Shown: piece by piece, positions 41,381 to 51,364 of the stretch
How positions within the stretch are numbered: position 1 is the first letter of the stretch
Layout of the letters: each line of letters starts with the position of its first letter
Source: Candidatus Marinacidobacterales bacterium
Lineage (GTDB): Bacteria; Acidobacteriota; Vicinamibacteria; Marinacidobacterales; DATDRI01
NCBI GenBank assembly: GCA_965219415.1
Contig: OZ244742.1
Coordinates: 1,536,001 to 1,600,000, forward strand
Direction of reading: 5' to 3'
DNA length: 64,000 nucleotides
Notes under the pieces: model-generated
What the model saw: only the letters and a program-made list of their open reading frames with translations
Databases searched by the model: none
Told to the model about the DNA's origin: nothing
Program-made: the position numbers and the translations under genes

Positions 41381-42318
41381 GCTCGGAGGGAGTCCTCGCC
41401 TTTTCTGGAGGCGTCGGAGGTGCGAAACTGGCGGTGGGGCTTACTCGGGTACTCGCTCCCGAACGATTGACCATCGCCGTGAACACCGGCGATGACGAGG
41501 AGTTCCACGGTCTTCACGTGGCACCTGATCTCGACACCGTGATGTATACGCTCGCCGGAGTGGTCAACGAGGAGACTGGTTGGGGTGTAGCCGGTGAATC
41601 GTTCCGGTCTCTCGACATGTTGAAGCGCTACGGCGCGCAAACCTGGTTTCAATTGGGGGACCAAGATCTCGCGACTCACATTCTTCGAAGACAGCGGCTA
41701 GACGAAGGCAGCACGCTATCGGAAGTGACTGAAGAGCTCTGCCACCGATTGGGAATTCGTCATCGAGTCGTTCCCATGTCGGACCAACCGATCAGGAGCA
41801 TCGTCGAGACCGATGAGGGAGACCTTGCCTTCCAGAGTTACTTCGTGGAACGAAAATGTGAGCCGGTAGTGAAGGGTCTGAGGTTCGAGGGATCTGGGGA
41901 TGCGACGCCGTCACCCGAATTCGCTCGGGCACTCCGCGATGCGTCTACGCTGGTCTTCTGCCCGTCGAACCCATGGTTGAGTGTCGATCCGATACTATCG
42001 GTACCGGGTGTCAGGGAAGCCGTCCAATCTTTCCCGGGTCGACGGCTCGCGGTGAGTCCCATCGTCGGCGGCAAGGCTCTCAAGGGCCCGGCGGCCAAGG
42101 TCATGTCTGAGCTTGGCTATGAAGTGAGCTCGGTGGGAATCGCCTCTTACTATCAAAACTTGGTTGACACATTGGTGATAGATGAGAGCGACCGAGATCA
42201 CACGTCTTCCATCGAGGCGCTCGGTCTGTCAACGCACACAACGGGAACGGTGATGCGCACGCTCGAAGACAAGGTCAGGCTGGCGCGAGAGATCTGTCGG
42301 ATCGCAGACGTCGGGTAA
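41377..42318 (+). CDS. cofD: 2-phospho-L-lactate transferase CofD/FbiA
   Basis: Motifs SGGVGGAK, VNTGDD, PDLDTVMYTLAG, WFQLGDQDLATH, PSNP and VSPIVGGKALKGPA. Confidence 0.95.
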   Translation: MSSEGVLAFSGGVGGAKLAVGLTRVLAPERLTIAVNTGDDEEFHGLHVAPDLDTVMYTLAGVVNEETGWGVAGESFRSLDMLKRYGAQTWFQLGDQDLATHILRRQRLDEGSTLSEVTEELCHRLGIRHRVVPMSDQPIRSIVETDEGDLAFQSYFVERKCEPVVKGLRFEGSGDATPSPEFARALRDASTLVFCPSNPWLSVDPILSVPGVREAVQSFPGRRLAVSPIVGGKALKGPAAKVMSELGYEVSSVGIASYYQNLVDTLVIDESDRDHTSSIEALGLSTHTTGTVMRTLEDKVRLAREICRIADVG

Positions 42319-42323
42319 GGAAA

Positions 42324-42941
42324 ATGAACTTGCCGGTGACGATAGTGATTCCGGTGAAACCCTTGAACGAGGCCAAGAGCCGACTTGCATCGGTACTCGG
42401 CCCGGAGCCTCGCCGCGAGCTGGCCACCGATATGTTGGGAAACGTCCTAACCGCCGCCAAGCAATCGAAGGTTAGGAGGATGTTAGTCGTCACTCGTGAT
42501 TCGATGGTCGGGGCGATGGTCTCGGCCGCCGGAGCCGAGTGGACGCCCGACCCTGCTACGACGCTCAACGCTAGCTTGCAGGAGGTCTTCCGCACTTGTT
42601 GGGAGAGTGGAGAAACACCGCTCTACGTGCCTGCCGATCTTCCACGGCTGCGGGCCTCGGAGATTGACGGGATCCTCAGTGCTTGGGACGGCAGGGAGCG
42701 AATTGTTTTGTCCCCTTGCCACAAAGGGCAAGGAACGAATGCGCTGTTGGTGCCCGCGGCGTGCGAATTCGAACCTCGATTAGGTGATGGAAGCTTTGCT
42801 CGGCACCTGGCGAGCGCATCAAGCGCCGGTATCGTGACGGAGATTTACCGGGCTCCCGGCCTAGCCTTCGACATCGACACCCCGGAGGACCTGCTCATCC
42901 ATCGTTACGCCGCCCGAGCCACTCAGGTTCACGCGCATTGA
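42324..42941 (+). CDS. cofC: CofC/FbiD guanylyltransferase
   Basis: Motifs IPVKPLNEAKSRLA, ADLP, GTNAL, SFARH and DIDTPEDL. Confidence 0.92.
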   Translation: MNLPVTIVIPVKPLNEAKSRLASVLGPEPRRELATDMLGNVLTAAKQSKVRRMLVVTRDSMVGAMVSAAGAEWTPDPATTLNASLQEVFRTCWESGETPLYVPADLPRLRASEIDGILSAWDGRERIVLSPCHKGQGTNALLVPAACEFEPRLGDGSFARHLASASSAGIVTEIYRAPGLAFDIDTPEDLLIHRYAARATQVHAH

Positions 42942-43903
42942 GCGCGGCACGACCCTCCCTCGGCATCCTTCTCCCCACTCGCGGACTTCTACTGCAAGAC
43001 GAGCGACCGCACAGCGCAGAGCTTGTCCTTTCCCTGGCAAAGACCGCCGAGGAAGCCGGTATCGATTCACTGTGGGTGGGTGACAGCCTGACGGCGAAAC
43101 CTCGCCTCGAGCCCCTAACTACCCTCGCAGCGGTTGCGGCCCGCACCACCCGCGTTGGTATCGGCACCTCGGTGCTCCTTGCGGCGCTGCGGCACCCGAT
43201 CACCTCGGCACACATCATCGGGACCTTGGATCTACTGTCCGGGGGACGATTGAAATTGGGAGCCGGCGTCGGAGGCGCGTTCGTCGACGCCCAGAAAAAA
43301 GAATGGCGAAATGTGGGGGTCGATTCCAAGGGACGCGCCGGTCGCCTGGAAGAATGGGTGCAGATTGTGAAACGGTTGACCCGCGGCGACACAGTGAGTT
43401 TCGAGGGCCGGCACTTTCAATTGGATGATGTGACGGTGCAGCCTCGTTCACCACAGGACGGCGGTGTACCCATTCTGCTAGCGACGCATTGGGCGACAGG
43501 AAACGCAAAACAGCAGCAGCGAGTGATTCGCTGGGCAGACGGCTACATCGGAATCAGCGACTCACCCTCCGACTTCGCCAAACTGAGCGAGCGTCTTCAC
43601 GAGCTGGCCAGCGAGAACGGCCGTGATTTCGACTCCATGGACTCCGTCTTCTATATGACCGTGAATCTCAACGACGATGAGCGGCGAGCCGAAGAAGAAG
43701 CCGACAGCTTCATCCGGCGTTACTACGGTCTCAACTTCTGGAAGGACAAGTGGGGACCTTTCGGCCATCCCGACAACGTGGCGCGAAAGATCCGGGAGTA
43801 CGCCGAGGCCGGTGCGAAAACGGTTGTCGTTCGCTTCGCGTCCCTAGAACAGGAGCACCAGCTCGACGTCTTTTTAGCACGGGTACTCCCGAGCGTACGC
43901 TGA
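42938..43903 (+). CDS. LLM-class (probably F420-dependent) oxidoreductase
   Basis: AEEAGIDSLWVGDS, EPLTTLAAVAART, LDLLSGGRLKLG. Overlaps the cofC stop. Confidence 0.9.
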   Translation: MSAARPSLGILLPTRGLLLQDERPHSAELVLSLAKTAEEAGIDSLWVGDSLTAKPRLEPLTTLAAVAARTTRVGIGTSVLLAALRHPITSAHIIGTLDLLSGGRLKLGAGVGGAFVDAQKKEWRNVGVDSKGRAGRLEEWVQIVKRLTRGDTVSFEGRHFQLDDVTVQPRSPQDGGVPILLATHWATGNAKQQQRVIRWADGYIGISDSPSDFAKLSERLHELASENGRDFDSMDSVFYMTVNLNDDERRAEEEADSFIRRYYGLNFWKDKWGPFGHPDNVARKIREYAEAGAKTVVVRFASLEQEHQLDVFLARVLPSVR

Positions 43904-43911
43904 ATACCGGC

Positions 43912-46900
43912 CTACTGAATGTAGCCGAGGGCTTTCAGCTGATCCAGCATCTCTTCGCGCCCCTCTGTTATCACCTCCTCGTCAACAGAAAGCGACGTAT
44001 CGATGTCGGCATAGCGAGGCGGATGGGTCGAAAGCCACGAGGCTTCGAAGATCTGAGGCAACAATTTTCCATCCATGTCCAGAGGGATGGGGGCGCCGAA
44101 CATATGAAGAAGGCTCGGGGCGATGTCTAGCACCGAGGCGCCCTGAAACACGACCCCCCTACGAATGGCTGGGCCAGATGCGATGAAGATGCCATAGGGT
44201 GCATGGTCTCCTGCCCCCGAAATAGGCTGCTCACCGTGGTCGGATAGGACGATCACGGTAGCGTTCCTTGGCAATATGTTCAGTAGCTGGCCGAACCAAT
44301 GATCCATCTGCACATACGTCTGATCTACGGCCGATCGAACGGACTCGCCACAACCTTCGCGAAGGGGCGCGCCGTGTCGCCAATGCAACGTCACGTGGCT
44401 GACCACGTCGATGCCCCGGAAGTAAACCGAGAAAAGGCCTCGCTCCATGGTCGGTAACAGCTCGCGCGCAATACGCAAATAGTACTCGTCCTGAAGCAGA
44501 ATCTTTTGGACGCCTGTCTTGTCTTTCAGAAGAGGCGGGTCACAGTCCGACAGGTGCAACCTCTCGAGGATAGATCCGATCTCCCGCGAGTCCGGCGTCA
44601 ATTCGGAGAGCTCCGCGGCGAGCTGGGGCGGCCAGGTTAGACCCGAGCTCCCCCGACGCTTATGCTTCATTCCCATTCGGGAGGACACGAGGAATCCGTT
44701 GACCTCTCGCGCCGGGAAAGTTCCCCAGTGCCCGACGATGCCCACACGATGTCCGATATCACCGAGCAGCGACCAGTAAGGCATCGCCCGCCAATGAGTA
44801 CTCTGGATCTCGGTTACTTTCCCGCGAGGCATGTAAAAGCCACGGCCGAGAGAAAAGCGCTGGTGAACGGGATCTAGGGAAAAAACTCTCACGCCGCGAC
44901 TATCGACGACTTTGACAGAAGCGAGCTCACAGGCGAGTTGGCGTCGATCGGCGGAGCTGCCGTGTTCAGCGGGCCGAATTTGCCTAGAGAAGACCAACAC
45001 CAGCTCGTTCCGAACCGGTCGCAGAGCCTCATCCGGGATCGAAATCGAAATGTCTTCCCATTTGACCGGGACCGAGATGGATTGCAACGGTGTTTGGTTC
45101 AAGAACAGCTGAACGGTCTGCTCACCGTTGGGCGCGAAGGAATGAAGCCGTAGTTGCAGCGTCAAGGGGCGCCGGCCAGTCAAGTCGGGGAGGGTCAGCG
45201 TGGCGCTGGCCGGGGTTTCTTCCGAACCCATCCAGACCTTAGAGGTACCCCGTACCGGCAAGACGAAATCACGTACCCCGTGTTTCTCCGGGACCTTGCC
45301 TGTGGCGATCGAGGTCCAGAGAATAGGAGAATGAAATCCCCGGCGAGTGTTCTCGTTCATGAGGCGCCGAGCAGAGCTCTTGTCAATAGGTGTGTAAAAA
45401 AGTTCAGGCAGCAGCAACCTTCGACGACTCCGTTACCCTGTCTCCATCTTCAAATCGAACGCCCAGGTGAACCTCTCGCATCAGCTCCGGTGCGTTGAGC
45501 CGGCGAAAATTCTTCTCCGCAACCAGAAGCAGTTTGAAGATTGTCGCAGTGGCGGACTCGATTTTCTTGAACCTTTTGGCCGCATCCGTTCTCAATCTCA
45601 GTGCAGCGAACGGTGATTCCACGACGTTGCTCGTGCGAAGGTGTTGCACAGTGAGGCTTGGGAAAGGAATAGAAGCTGACCATCCGCTCCCAGTCCTCGT
45701 CGAGCACGTGCGCGGCCCCCGGAAGACCCTTGCGCAAGCACCAATCCTGGAACTTTGGCCTTCTTCGTCTCGCACTCCTGCAGGCTGGTGGCGTAGGGGA
45801 TCGCCGTCAACAGCGGCTTGGCCTGCGCCTGGTCCCTTTTCGGAATCCGGTCCAGTACGTTGAGGATTCGGTGGTTCCAGCACCGCTGCTCCTCAGCTTC
45901 TGGAAATACGTTTCGGGTCGCGGCCCAGATGCCGAGATGACCGTCACCGATCACCAAACGGGGACATCTCAGACCGCGCTTCTTCAGTCTCCGTAGCAGC
46001 GACGACCATGACGCTTCGGATTCTCGATGCCCGGCCTCCAGCGTCAGGACGATTTTCGTCCCGTCGGACAGGCCACCAACCGCAACTAGCACCGCCGCCT
46101 TGTCCTTCTCAAGGCCGGCCTTCACGTACACGCCATCTACCCACAGGGACACGAGCTCGAGTTCGTCCAGTGGGCGAGCTAGCCACTGCTCGTACTCTCC
46201 CTGCCATTTCTGTTTCAGCCGCGACACCGTGCTGGGAGAAAGTGGAGCGTCCTCCCCTAGAAGCCCGCGGAGCGCCAAATCGAAATCTCCGTGAGCTAAT
46301 CCATGCAGGTACAGCTCCGGAATCAACTCGCTCACCGTTTCGCTCCGACGCTTGAACAGCGGAAGCACTCGACTTTCGAACCTCTCCTCCACGTCCCGTA
46401 CTCTCGGCCGGCGAACCGTCACCGTGCCCACGCTCATCGTCAGCTTCCGAGGCTTACCGTATCCATTTCGATAGCCCGCCGTTGTGTCCACGGGCTTCCG
46501 TCTCTCCGATTTCTCACGCCCGAGAAGCTCCGTGACTTCGGCTACCATCAGCTCCTGCACCCAATCCTGGATCTCGAGCCTCGCCCACTTCTCCAGCGAC
46601 TCCCAAGCCACCCTTGACGAGCTCCGTCGTCTTGTGGTCTTTTCCTTCATGGCGGTGTCTCCTTCCGTTGGCCCCTTCAGGCCGTGTTTCGTGACGCGGA
46701 AGGTTACTCCGCCTTTACTTTATTTCCACACCTTCTGAGGGTAGCTCAGCTCGAGCAGGTAGTGACTGCAAGGGGCCGTAGATCCCGGAACGAATCAGCT
46801 TCTCGAACGAGGGCAAGCGGTCGGCCGAACGAAGCTCGTCGATGACACTTGGAGTCGCACCGTCGAGGCAGACCAGCAGCACGAAGGGCGACTCGTCGCC

Positions 46901-46951
46901 GGTCCCCCCGCATGCGGCCGCCAGCATCACGACGAACACCAGCGCGCGCAC
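43912..46951 (-). pseudogene. Alkaline-phosphatase-superfamily (nucleotide pyrophosphatase/phosphodiesterase) lipoprotein interrupted by IS256
   Basis: 5' piece LAAAC...LVCLDGA...GIYGPLQSLP rejoins ARRLMN...SPILWTSIATG...SDHG...DIAPS...LKALGY in frame once the IS is removed. Confidence 0.85.
45374..46747 (-). mobile_element. IS256-family insertion sequence, copy 2 (transposase 45404-46650 frameshifted)
   Basis: Near-identical to 13281-14653 with the same terminal repeats. Extra bases near 45647 and 45754. The TSD is imperfect (GCCGAGCA vs AGCTCGAGCA). Confidence 0.93.
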
Positions 46952-47006
46952 GGGGGTGAAGGTAGCATCCGGTATTCCTATATAATGAGGCCTGTTTCGA
47001 AATCTC

Positions 47007-47333
47007 ATGAGCAGCTCGTCCGATTCATTCGTCCTTCACGATCTTCGTGTGACGGTTGCGGAGATCCGAGGCCGGTCGGTTTGCGGCCTCAAGGTAGGAG
47101 ACTTTTTTGAAGTTCGCAACAGCAGCCAGGTGGTGATCCCACCAGATAGGCACTTCTGTATGTTCGCGCTGGCGGCGGTACTTCCGCTATTGCCCGCCAA
47201 GCAACGCGAGCTCCATGAGAACGACTGGTTGGCCGAAGACAGCTTGGTCGCCTGCCCGGACCCGGAAGAGCAGCTGATTATGAGGATCGAGCGCATCGCA
47301 CCGGTGACGCTTCGAAAAAGCGATTTGACTTAA
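47007..47333 (+). CDS. TIGR04076-family protein
   Basis: LHDLRVTV...C...GDFFE...FCMFALAAVLPLLPAKQR...ACPDP. Confidence 0.85.
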   Translation: MSSSSDSFVLHDLRVTVAEIRGRSVCGLKVGDFFEVRNSSQVVIPPDRHFCMFALAAVLPLLPAKQRELHENDWLAEDSLVACPDPEEQLIMRIERIAPVTLRKSDLT

Positions 47334-47346
47334 GTCTTCTAGTGCG

Positions 47347-47575
47347 CGTGGGGCCCCACCGCCGCCTGGCTAGCTCCAGATTGGCAACAACCTATTCTGG
47401 CGGCAAGCGGGAACTGAGTGCCCGCCTGGCTAGCTCCGGTCAACTCAACCACGCAGTTTGGCGGCCGAGTGGGGCTTCGCGCGAGCTGAAGGCATCCACC
47501 AGTGGTCCGGGGCCCCACCCCCAGACCACGCGCTCCGTCGGCAGGCGACTCCGCGCTAGCTGAAGGCTCTCCGAC
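47347..47575. repeat. Modular palindromic intergenic repeat (REP/BIME-like)
   Basis: GTGGGGCCCCAC palindrome, two CCGCCTGGCTAGCTCC...TGGCGGC units at a 60-bp period and two AGCTGAAGGC modules. Homologous to 53898-54000. Confidence 0.75.
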
Positions 47576-47593
47576 CGGCGGGCCTACGGCCCG

Positions 47594-48589
47594 TTAGAAA
47601 GCCGGCAGCACTTCATCACCTAGCAGGCGAATCGCTTCGGCCTCGTTTTCCCCATGCGGCGTTCCGAATTCGAAGACGTCGACACCGGCGTCGAAGAGCT
47701 CTTCCATGCGCCGGACGATGTCAGCCGGAGTCCCGAAACAGCTGAAACGTCGAAGGGTATCGTCCGAAATGGCTCGCGCCGCTCCTTCGAAGTCCCCACT
47801 CAACATCCCTCGCTCCACGGCTTCGATCTCTTCGGGAAACGGCGAATAGATCGGATCCAACCTACCAATCGCAGAAACGTACGTCGCCACCCGGTGTCGT
47901 GCGATGTTTTCAGCCCGTTTGCGGTCTCGATCCACGACGGTCACCGCTCCGAAAATCATGCGCACCTCCGAAGTGTCACGCCCCGCCCGCTTGGTTCCGG
48001 CGTCGATATAACTGCGAAAAATCTTTGCCGCGTCCGGATTTACCGACCCGCCTATCTTGACCATGTCGGCGATCTGGCCCGCCAGCGCGGATGTCTTCTT
48101 ACCCCACGTACCGAGCAGAACGGGAACACGACGACCAGGGATCGGAAAACGCAGATGAGCCTCCGGCCCCAGTCGAAAGATCGAACCCTCATAGGGCTGG
48201 TGCTTGTGTTCGCCCGCCAACAGCGTCTGCACCGCCTCGACCATCTCGCGAATCGCGGTCAAGGGGCGTGGTTGGGGAACTCCGATGTGCTCGAAAAAGG
48301 CACCCTTCCCTACTCCCAGGTAGGCGCGGCCACCGCTGGCTTCATCGAGCAAGGCCAGGTTGGCGGCTATCGGAACCGGATGGTTCAGATACGGGTTCAC
48401 CACGCCCGGCCCGAGAAGCGAGTGTCGCGTGTTTTGAGCGAGTTGGAACAGCGCACCCCAAGGCGGCTGATACAGAAGATCGTCGTAGACCGAAATCGTC
48501 TCGAACCGATAGGACTCGACCAGCTTACCGAGCTCGACGTAATCGGCAAGCCTCTTATCGGCGAGAAAGGAAATCCCTAGCCGTCCCAT
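47594..48589 (-). CDS. LLM-class oxidoreductase, Mer-like (probably F420-dependent)
   Basis: LGPGVVNPYLNHP, LDEASGGRAYLGVG, FGTPADI and FGTPHG. Confidence 0.85.
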   Translation of the reverse strand: MGRLGISFLADKRLADYVELGKLVESYRFETISVYDDLLYQPPWGALFQLAQNTRHSLLGPGVVNPYLNHPVPIAANLALLDEASGGRAYLGVGKGAFFEHIGVPQPRPLTAIREMVEAVQTLLAGEHKHQPYEGSIFRLGPEAHLRFPIPGRRVPVLLGTWGKKTSALAGQIADMVKIGGSVNPDAAKIFRSYIDAGTKRAGRDTSEVRMIFGAVTVVDRDRKRAENIARHRVATYVSAIGRLDPIYSPFPEEIEAVERGMLSGDFEGAARAISDDTLRRFSCFGTPADIVRRMEELFDAGVDVFEFGTPHGENEAEAIRLLGDEVLPAF

Positions 48590-48711
48590 TTATTCCCAAC
48601 CCCCCGAACCTTGCAATGCATTCGTGAACACGATTCAAGCTAAGTCGGCTTGAAGACCATGAAGTAGACGTTGATCAGAGGAAGGACCGTGGCGACCACA
48701 CCCCAAATCGT

Positions 48712-49786
48712 CTACTGAGGAAATGCCGAGGGCGGAGTGTCTTGGTAGCCTTCGCCTTCGAGCGCCTCCATGAACGCCACCAAGGCGTCGATCTCTTTAC
48801 CCGTCAAATTGAGTGGCTCAATCTTCGGATCCAGATGAGGATTCGGACGACCGCCCTCGACGACCGCCCTCATCGTAAAGCTCGACGACCTCGCGAAGCG
48901 TTACCACCGATCCGTCGTGCATGTAAGGGGCGCGTTTCGTGACCTCTCGTACGGACGGCGTCTTGAAGGCACCCAGATCTTTGTCCTCTTTCGTCACCAC
49001 GTAGCGGCCTTCGTCGGCAAACGACTTGCTCTCCTGGTCCCAACCGACTCCCAGGTTGTGGAACGTGCTGTCGGTGAGGTTTTGCCCGAGATGACATTGG
49101 TTGCAACCGGCCTTTCCGAAGAAGAGCTCGTCACCCAGCTTGACGTCGTCCGAAACGGCGTCTTCCTGACGCGCAATTTTCCAGCGGTCCCAAGGAGAGT
49201 TCCCGCTCATCCGGGTTCTCTCGTAGTCGGCGATCGCCTTAGCGACGCGTTCCCCGGTGACCCCGGGACTCCCGAACGCTTCCTCGAAGTACCGGCCGTA
49301 GCCTTCGATCCCCGAGAGGGTTCCCAACATCCCGTCGATCGTATGACCCATCTCGATGGGATTCTCGACCGGCCCCAGAGCCTGTTCCTCGAGAGAGCCC
49401 GCTCGACCGTCCCAGAAGAAGTTGGGGTAGAGCGTCCAGGCTAGGTTGAACGCGGGAGGCGCTTTACGTCCACCCTTCTGCCCGTCAATGCCGGTCGATA
49501 CGGCCGTGGGCTCGGAGAATGCGTTTTCCGCGCGGTGGCAGGTAGCGCAGGAGATCGTGTTGTCTTTGGATAAACGAGTGTCATAGAAGAGCCATCGGCC
49601 GAGGCGAACGCGCTTCGGCGTGGGCGGCTCCTCGAGATCCGCGAAGGTCGCGTCGATTCCCAACGGTGGCTCGGGAATCGGTACCACTGGATTGGCGGCT
49701 TCCCACTCCGGGGTACGCTCGGCGCATCCTGCAACAAGTCCCAACGCTAGGATCAAAACTGGCGTAACACGCGTTAGTTGAATCAT
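48712..49786 (-). pseudogene. Di-heme cytochrome c peroxidase/MauG-family lipoprotein, frameshifted by a 13-bp duplication
   Basis: CATCH and CNQCH heme motifs, FFWDGRA, FKTPS and APYMHDG. Removing one GACGACCGCCCTC copy restores GGRPNPHLDPKIEPLNLT...LVAFMEAL. Confidence 0.85.
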
Positions 49787-50018
49787 CAGAAGCTTCCCGA
49801 ACAGTGCCGGCCACTCTGAGATTTCTTGCCGGCCCGACCTGGCGAGGCGGAAACCGTAGCACGGGCGTAGAAAAACTGTCAAACAATCGCGCCCACTCTT
49901 CATTCTCCACCAACGCGCGCCCCTTCCCCAAAACCAAGCGCACCAAGGGAGCCCTGTTCCGGCCTGGACTCACAGGGGGTTTGGTTGTAGAGTTCCGACC
50001 TTACCTGAGGAGGAAGTC

Positions 50019-51359
50019 ATGTTCCATCGCGTAACAGGAGAGGCTTTGATCGCTGGATTGTTGCTGGCCGGGCTCATCGGGTGTGAGCAAGCGGCCCCGC
50101 CGCCGGCTGGTGAAGCACCGCTTTCCGCAGCGTTTTTCGGCGCCACCATCATCGACGGGTCCGGCGCTGACCCGATCGAAAATGGAGTCCTCGTCGTACG
50201 CGACGGCAAGATCGAGGCCGTCGGACCTGCAGAGGCGATCGAGGTCCCGGCGGATGCCGAACGAATCGACGTATCCGGCAAAACCATCATCCCCGGAATC
50301 ATCGTCACGCATGGACATGTCGGTCAAACCAAGGGACTCGAGTCGGGTCCGGACAACTATACCGAGGCGAACGTGTTGAACCAGCTCGGCCGCTACGCGC
50401 GCTACGGCGTCACAACCGTAGTGAGTCTGGGTGGCGATCTCGAGCCCGGATTCCGCCTCCGCGATGCCCAAGAGACGTCTGAACTCGATCGGACAAGGCT
50501 CTACGTGGCTGGGTCAGCCCTCGCCGGACAGACTGCTGAAGAGGCGGTGGCAATGATCGACGAGAAGGCCGATGCGGGTGTGGACTTCATCAAGCTGCGA
50601 GTTGATGACAATCTCGGCACGATCGAAAAGGCATCACCGGAGTTCTACCAGGCCGCGATCCAGCGCGCCCACGAGCGAGGATTGAAGGTCACCTCGCACC
50701 TGTACTACTTGGAGGATGCAAAGGGTCTTCTCAACGCCGACGTGGATTTCGTGGCTCACAGCATACGCGACCAAGAGGTAGACGATGAGCTGATCGGTCT
50801 GATGAAAGAACGCAATGTCTGCCTCACACCCACTCTCACGCGGGAGATGGTGAGCTTCGTTTACGAGGACGTCCCAGAGTTTTTCGAGGACCCCTTCTTC
50901 TTGAAGGAAGCAGATCCCGAGATCCTCGAGCAGCTCAAAGCGCCCGAGCGGCAACAAAGCGTCCGCGACAGCAAGGCGGCTCAAACCTACAAGCAAGCAC
51001 TGGTCGTCGCGTCAAAGAACGTCAAAACCTTGGCCGACGGCGGAGTCACCGTGGCCTTCGGCACCGACAGTGGGCCGCCGTCTCGTTTCCAGGGGTACTT
51101 CGAACACTTGGAGATGGAGCTCATGGCCGAGGCAGGGCTTACTCCCATGCAAGTCTTGACCGCCGCAAGCGGCAACGCTGCCCGCTGCCTCGGACTCGAA
51201 GGTCTGGGCATGCTCGCGGCAGGAAACTGGGCCGACTTTGTGGTTCTCAACGCGGACCCCCTCGCCGACATCCAGAACACGAGGAGCATCGAGTCGGTCT
51301 GGATCGCCGGGAATGAGGTGCCGGCTCGTGCGAAGGAGGATAGCCCGGAGACGGAGTAG
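50019..51359 (+). CDS. Amidohydrolase family lipoprotein
   Basis: LIGC lipobox, PGIIVTHGH, AHS, FGTDSG and GNWADFVVL. Confidence 0.9.
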   Translation: MFHRVTGEALIAGLLLAGLIGCEQAAPPPAGEAPLSAAFFGATIIDGSGADPIENGVLVVRDGKIEAVGPAEAIEVPADAERIDVSGKTIIPGIIVTHGHVGQTKGLESGPDNYTEANVLNQLGRYARYGVTTVVSLGGDLEPGFRLRDAQETSELDRTRLYVAGSALAGQTAEEAVAMIDEKADAGVDFIKLRVDDNLGTIEKASPEFYQAAIQRAHERGLKVTSHLYYLEDAKGLLNADVDFVAHSIRDQEVDDELIGLMKERNVCLTPTLTREMVSFVYEDVPEFFEDPFFLKEADPEILEQLKAPERQQSVRDSKAAQTYKQALVVASKNVKTLADGGVTVAFGTDSGPPSRFQGYFEHLEMELMAEAGLTPMQVLTAASGNAARCLGLEGLGMLAAGNWADFVVLNADPLADIQNTRSIESVWIAGNEVPARAKEDSPETE

Positions 51360-51364
51360 CGGGA

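Noticed and set aside
13281-46747. A 33-kb composite transposon bounded by two IS256 copies
   Set aside because: Each copy sits in its own rejoinable target gene with its own flanking duplication.
47347-47575. CRISPR mini-array
   Set aside because: Only two adjacent units, short constant parts, related cores across loci and no cas genes.
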